Positions 60,081 through 64,000 of a stretch of 64,000 bases of DNA are shown piece by piece. The position numbers and the translations under genes are program-made. Location of the stretch: assembly GCA_965222075.1 (NCBI GenBank), contig OZ244937.1, positions 1,600,001 through 1,664,000 of the forward strand, written 5' to 3'. The notes under the pieces were generated by a model. It was not told the origin of the DNA, made no database searches, and saw only the letters and a list, made by a program, of their open reading frames with translations. How positions within the stretch are numbered: position 1 is the first letter of the stretch; every line of letters begins with the position of its first letter. This stretch comes from Candidatus Latescibacterota bacterium. Its GTDB lineage: Bacteria; Latescibacterota; UBA2968; GCA-2709665.

Positions 60081-60505
60081 GCCGTTTCCTCCTGTGTGAT
60101 GGCGCGTCACAACCTTCCAGCCCGCACGTATCGCCAAATCGAGCCTGACGACTCAACGGCATCCCGGACGAGCAACAATTCACGCGTCGCGGCTGCCTGG
60201 CAGTGGTTTCACGTCGATGTTGGGAGACGACATGTCCAGATCGGTAACGTTGATCGTCGTCGACGCGCTGACCTTTACGGCCTGTAAGATAACACAAGCG
60301 CGTATATTCTCCGGGTTGACCTCGTCGATAAACCCTGCATATCGCCGCGCTCGCGCCGTCGATCAATGAGTTTGTGAGCAATGTTTCGATGGTGACGCAT
60401 CCGCTCATCGTGTTCGAAAAAGCGATGCGTGCCTGCGTCGTCGAGGTTGCCGCGCACATAGAAGGGTTCGCCGTCGTCGGCACCGCCTTAGAAACATGCC
60501 GAGAC

Positions 60506-60574
60506 GTTCAATCCGCTCCCCCCTGCCTGCCGTGCACAGCACGGCGCAGGCAGGCCACCGAAGTGAGGGGAGAT
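60506..60574 (-). CRISPR. Solitary CRISPR-type repeat, family B (strong hairpin), interrupted by a hairpin element
   Basis: Removing 60522-60554 gives GTTCAATCCGCTCCCCCCACCGAAGTGAGGGGAGAT. Confidence 0.65.
60522..60554. repeat. 33-bp hairpin insertion element
   Basis: CCTGCCTGCCGTGCACAGCACGGCGCAGGCAGG; flanks C^C, the exception to A^TC. Confidence 0.8.
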
Positions 60575-60665
60575 GCCCGGGTTGCCAGCGAAACGGCGTA
60601 ATTGACGGGTTTCGCAGATGTCGTCAGGCGCCCGGGGCTGAGGAGCTTGTTCATCTCACATCCCA

Positions 60666-61520
60666 TCACATGAACAGCTCGCGCAACCAGACGTTGGCTT
60701 CCGGGATACCGTCGGCGTCGAACACGAACTCCTGCCCACGGCCCACCGTGTCGACGTAAACCCACGGTTTGCGGCGTCGCCAACGTCTCCTATTGCTATG
60801 GTAGCTGAGCGTTGGACGACGACTGCCTGGGGGATAGAACCACGACGGCAACCGCCATTTACGACGACTCGTCGAGCCCGGCGCGGTCAACGTGAAACGG
60901 TCGCCGTTACCGCTGAACAGGCCGGCGCCGCTTCGCGCGGTCAGCCCCTCGAAATTGAGCGTCTCTCTCGCGATGTAGACGGTGTTGTAGCGCCACCGCC
61001 TATTCAGGTGGGGATGCGCAGACAGCCACGGACGTGCGGAGCGCGCACGAGACAGATTCTCCCCGACGGGCACGACCTCGGAAACCTGGAGCCAACCGAA
61101 CAACCTGTGCACGTCAGGAGCGTTCCGGACGTACCGCCATGTGCCCCCGTTCCCGGGTTCCACGGCACGAAACCAGCCGAAGAACAGAAAGAGGTCGCCA
61201 GGCCCAACACCCTGATTTTCCAGATGGCGTTGAGCGATCTCGACCTGCCCGAAGGCCGGCCGCCAGCCGGGCGAACGCGCAAGGGCATCGGCGTTCAGAT
61301 CCGGATCCAGATGGCACCGGTGCTTTCCCTTCACTCGACCGTTGGTCAAACACTCCACGATCGGGCCGAGAGACGTGCCACGCCACCGTACGTCCCTGAA
61401 TCGCGTCGGACTTCTGGGGTACGGAATCGGCAGAGACAGGGCAGTACCGTCCGGAAAAATGGGACTCGCCCTCCCCCCGTTGCTGGAATCGAATCCCTTG
61501 CGGCTGAAAACGATCTTCAT
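60666..61520 (-). CDS. Nucleotide modification associated domain 3 (Nmad3) protein
   Basis: MKIVFSRKGFDSSNGG..SPIFPDG..LSLPIP, HLDPDL, FGQ, GDLFLFFGWF, HPH, GRGQEFV. Confidence 0.85.
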   Translation of the reverse strand: MKIVFSRKGFDSSNGGRASPIFPDGTALSLPIPYPRSPTRFRDVRWRGTSLGPIVECLTNGRVKGKHRCHLDPDLNADALARSPGWRPAFGQVEIAQRHLENQGVGPGDLFLFFGWFRAVEPGNGGTWRYVRNAPDVHRLFGWLQVSEVVPVGENLSRARSARPWLSAHPHLNRRWRYNTVYIARETLNFEGLTARSGAGLFSGNGDRFTLTAPGSTSRRKWRLPSWFYPPGSRRPTLSYHSNRRRWRRRKPWVYVDTVGRGQEFVFDADGIPEANVWLRELFM

Positions 61521-61537
61521 TGCTTCTCTTCCTCCTC

Positions 61538-61620
61538 TTATGGTCCCGTGCGGTTACCCAAACTTACAGCAATCAGCAGAAAGTCAGCAAAGTCAACAAT
61601 ACCATTCTTGTCCAATCAAA
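61538..61620 (-). pseudogene. 3' remnant of a dockerin/EF-hand-like gene directly after the type I-E-like repeat
   Basis: LDKNGIVDFADFLLIAVSLGNRTGP*. Confidence 0.55.
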
Positions 61621-61621
61621 C

Positions 61622-61650
61622 CGGTTCATCCCCACGCCTGTGGGGAGTAT
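61622..61650 (-). CRISPR. Solitary type I-E-like CRISPR repeat (29 bp)
   Basis: rc ATACTCCCCACAGGCGTGGGGATGAACCG: TCCCCAC/GTGGGGA stem and ATGAACCG handle. Confidence 0.8.
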
Positions 61651-61662
61651 CTGCCGGCCGTT

Positions 61663-61700
61663 GTTTCAATCCTTGTTCTGGTGGAAGAATTCGTACAGAT
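61663..61700 (-). CRISPR. Solitary CRISPR-type repeat, family A
   Basis: GTTTCAATCCTTGTTCTGGTGGAAGAATTCGTACAGAT. Confidence 0.75.
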
Positions 61701-61833
61701 TAAAAACCGCGCCATCTGGCAGGGGCGTATCGGGTCGACTTCGTCCAGCTCAATGTCGGTGGGAAGGAAACTCCAGAATGCACCAACGCACGGGATCTCG
61801 GGGTAGCCAGCGGGCAATTCCTCGGGCTTTCTA

Positions 61834-62379
61834 TTAGGCCGAGCGACGGAGCGCGTCCGCCAACGCCGCAAATCGGCCGGCAACCGATGAACTCGGATGC
61901 GGGCATGGCAGGAAATCAATGTCGGCACGCCGCAAGGCCGTCTGCGCCTCGCGACCCAACGCGATGACCCTCCGCCCCTCAACCTCATACCGGGTCACCG
62001 CCTCGATTGAAAGCTTCATCAATTCGCGAGGCACCTTCCGCCGCCGGTTTTCCCTCGGCAAGAAATGGCACGCCTGTGTGATGTAGATGTTCCCACGCGT
62101 GCGCTCGACATCCTCCAGGATCCGGTCAAGAGTGCTGTTGAATGGGATGTCTGGCAAGTACCCCAAACACTCAAGGATTGCACGTTCCTGATTCACGGAT
62201 TCCGCATCCAACCAATGCTTCGCCACGAGTACCGGGCCGGTCATGCTGTTCGATATTTTCTGAATGGGCGATACCCAATCGCCATCAAACCCAACGTCGG
62301 CCAATGTCACCCACTGCTCCTGGAACTGATCCGGAACCTGAAGCTCGCGACGACGTGCGATGATGTCCTCTCTCGTCAC
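61834..62379 (-). CDS. Divergent uracil-DNA glycosylase superfamily protein
   Basis: WVSPIQK, PVLVAKHW, IYITQACHFLP, RVIALGREA, CPHPS; similar layout to the neighbouring UDG-like gene. Confidence 0.65.
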   Translation of the reverse strand: MTREDIIARRRELQVPDQFQEQWVTLADVGFDGDWVSPIQKISNSMTGPVLVAKHWLDAESVNQERAILECLGYLPDIPFNSTLDRILEDVERTRGNIYITQACHFLPRENRRRKVPRELMKLSIEAVTRYEVEGRRVIALGREAQTALRRADIDFLPCPHPSSSVAGRFAALADALRRSA

Positions 62380-62461
62380 GGTTTCTCCTCCTCAATCGGC
62401 GCCAGCCGAGTCCAGCTTCCGCGATGGCGGATTCGACCGGCGGCGGACTTATGGGCAGGGC

Positions 62462-63164
62462 TTACGCATCTCGTGAGGCGTCGTGTTTCGGCCGCCCCCG
62501 CGAAACGTCCCACTGAACCGCGGCCACCATTCGTCGCCAATCCTCCGAAACACGATCTACTCCTCGATTACGGCTCCCACGCCAACCCGGGTGTGATTGG
62601 GCCCAGACTTTCGCGTCCCTGATCGGGAACGGCGACGCAATGGCCACTCTCGAGGTTGCCTACCGGCGCCAATCCAAACGACTTGCGGATTGCCTGATAC
62701 ACGGCCAATCCAAAACACACGACGAGTTTCGGCCCAACAAGCTCTATTTCCGGCACGGTGTAGGTCTCTGCTGCCTTCTCCAAATCTTCATCCGGCATTG
62801 CTCCATGCTTTATGAACGGAAACAGGTTTGTCGCGTAGGTTTGCTCCAATCCGATTCCAAAGTGAGTGGAAAGCAGGCTCTTGAGATTCCTGTTGGTCGG
62901 CAACTTCGGATCGTGCCCCAGCGTAACCAAATCAGAATCTACACGTTTCTGTTTCCGCAAGAATTTATCCGAACACCAATCCTGGAGTACAAGCATGATA
63001 TCGGCATTGAGGTTCCCGGCGGACTTCGTGTAGGGCGATACGAAATCGCACTCATAGGCGCCGGAATGATATTCGCCGATTCCCCTGTATCCGGGAAAAA
63101 CGTTGTCCCGGCGGTGGCGGGCGAGCGCTGCGAGGCGTTCCTGCTTTCCGATGCTTTCATGCAT
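62462..63164 (-). pseudogene. UDG-superfamily gene (close paralog of 58983-59820), frameshifted near 62645
   Basis: IMLVLQDW, YATNLFPF; the AIASPF..WAQSHPG segment continues in ORF 62462-62647. Confidence 0.75.
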
Positions 63165-63256
63165 GCCTGCACTCCTCTCGAGATTCCTGAACTTGAGCCG
63201 GTTTGCCCTCTGCGAGCCTTACGCGAGTTCCCGATCATTCAGGCGATCTCCGCGTG

Positions 63257-63293
63257 GTTTCAATTCTTGTTCTGACGGAAGAGATTTCCAGCG
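63257..63293 (-). CRISPR. Solitary CRISPR-type repeat, family A (degenerate)
   Basis: GTTTCAATTCTTGTTCTGACGGAAG: 22/25 identical to the other two copies. Confidence 0.65.
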
Positions 63294-63594
63294 GTAACGG
63301 CATGACTCCGATGAAAATCAACGAGTACTGTCAGCACGCGTCCCGTGCGCCCTTATCCTGAGCGCAGTCCTCATCAACCGGATCGACGACCCGTCTCGGG
63401 ATTGAGGATCCGGGAATCCATTTCGGTTCCTGCCACGCAGAGGTATCGCCTCACGTCATTGAAAATAGGGGAGCATAAGATAGGAGCGGGGACCAACCGG
63501 TTGCCTGTGAAGAACAGCTTCAGCTCGCTGCAGTTTCCTGGTAATCCGGTGTCGCTGATTCAAAGTTCATCCGCACTGACAAGCTGTCTAAATG

Positions 63595-64000
63595 CTAAGC
63601 CGAATCGGACGGCGAATTCTCCTGCGTCGCCTGTTCGAATTTATCGATGGTTTCGCGCATCTGAGTAACCGCATCTTCGATTACTCGATCCTTGTCGACG
63701 CCACTTGCCAGCCGAATCGGAAAGCACAGACAATCTCTGTACTCTTGATGGTCCGGGCATATCCGTTTCACACTTGACCAGTGTCTGATGAGCCCACCCC
63801 ATTCCGTTTTGTATACCTCACACCATATGGGAGTTATACCGGAATCGCGCCATGCTATGATATCAACGCCCAACCACAAACCAAACTGTAGATCTTTTCC
63901 TGCTGAAAAGTAGCGACCCTTCTTGAAATAGGAACGTGTAGGATTCACGCCCTCAAAGCTTGCAAGACCCTCGTTCTTAAGAACTTCGGCAATTTCCTCG
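63595..64000 (-). CDS. C-terminal part of a hypothetical protein, likely the same PD-(D/E)XK-like family as 58600-58864
   Basis: GRYF....LWLGVD..AW...GITPIW; the frame is open to the window edge; shares the downstream linker with the 58.6 kb remnant. Confidence 0.55.
   Translation of the reverse strand, partial: EEIAEVLKNEGLASFEGVNPTRSYFKKGRYFSAGKDLQFGLWLGVDIIAWRDSGITPIWCEVYKTEWGGLIRHWSSVKRICPDHQEYRDCLCFPIRLASGVDKDRVIEDAVTQMRETIDKFEQATQENSPSDSA

Noticed and set aside
58980-63293. Canonical CRISPR array or cas operon
   Set aside because: No regularly spaced repeats, no leader and no cas genes; only solitary repeats are present
63366-63410. GACCCGTCTCGGGATTGAGG as another CRISPR repeat
   Set aside because: Opposite orientation, lacks the GAAAC end, similarity too weak
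57900-64000. Classical integron (attC sites, intI)
   Set aside because: No integrase in the window and no convincing attC R''/R' box structure recognised between the genes
1-64000. tRNA or rRNA genes
   Set aside because: No recognisable cloverleaf or rRNA signature seen by eye

Overview
GC-rich bacterial window, almost entirely on the minus strand. The gene content (PhyH-HEAT, dockerin-like domains, heparinase-like giants, GWxTD proteins, a PorV-like barrel, DUF6785) suggests an FCB-group, Latescibacterota/Poribacteria-like organism, possibly a sponge symbiont; this is inference. 1-14 kb: mixed metabolic and transport genes, an IS5-family element and a DNA methyltransferase. 14-54 kb: a large co-oriented glycan/peptide-utilisation-like locus with many deletion-damaged genes. 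55.9-56.5 kb: a probable UxxC selenoprotein. 58-64 kb: a defence-like island. Two observations stand out. (1) In the 58-64 kb island, three UDG-superfamily genes, an Nmad3 gene and nuclease-like genes are separated by five solitary CRISPR-type repeats of three families, all co-oriented with the genes, with no array and no cas gene in the window. A repeat+spacer-sized 72-bp insertion also sits inside one UDG gene. (2) A family of 25-71 bp hairpins (CCTGYCTG...CAGGCAGG) inserts precisely without target duplication, mostly at A^TC. Removing three of them restores an intact 297-aa transposase, and removing another reveals a hidden CRISPR repeat. Family assignments come from motif recognition by eye, not from database searches.
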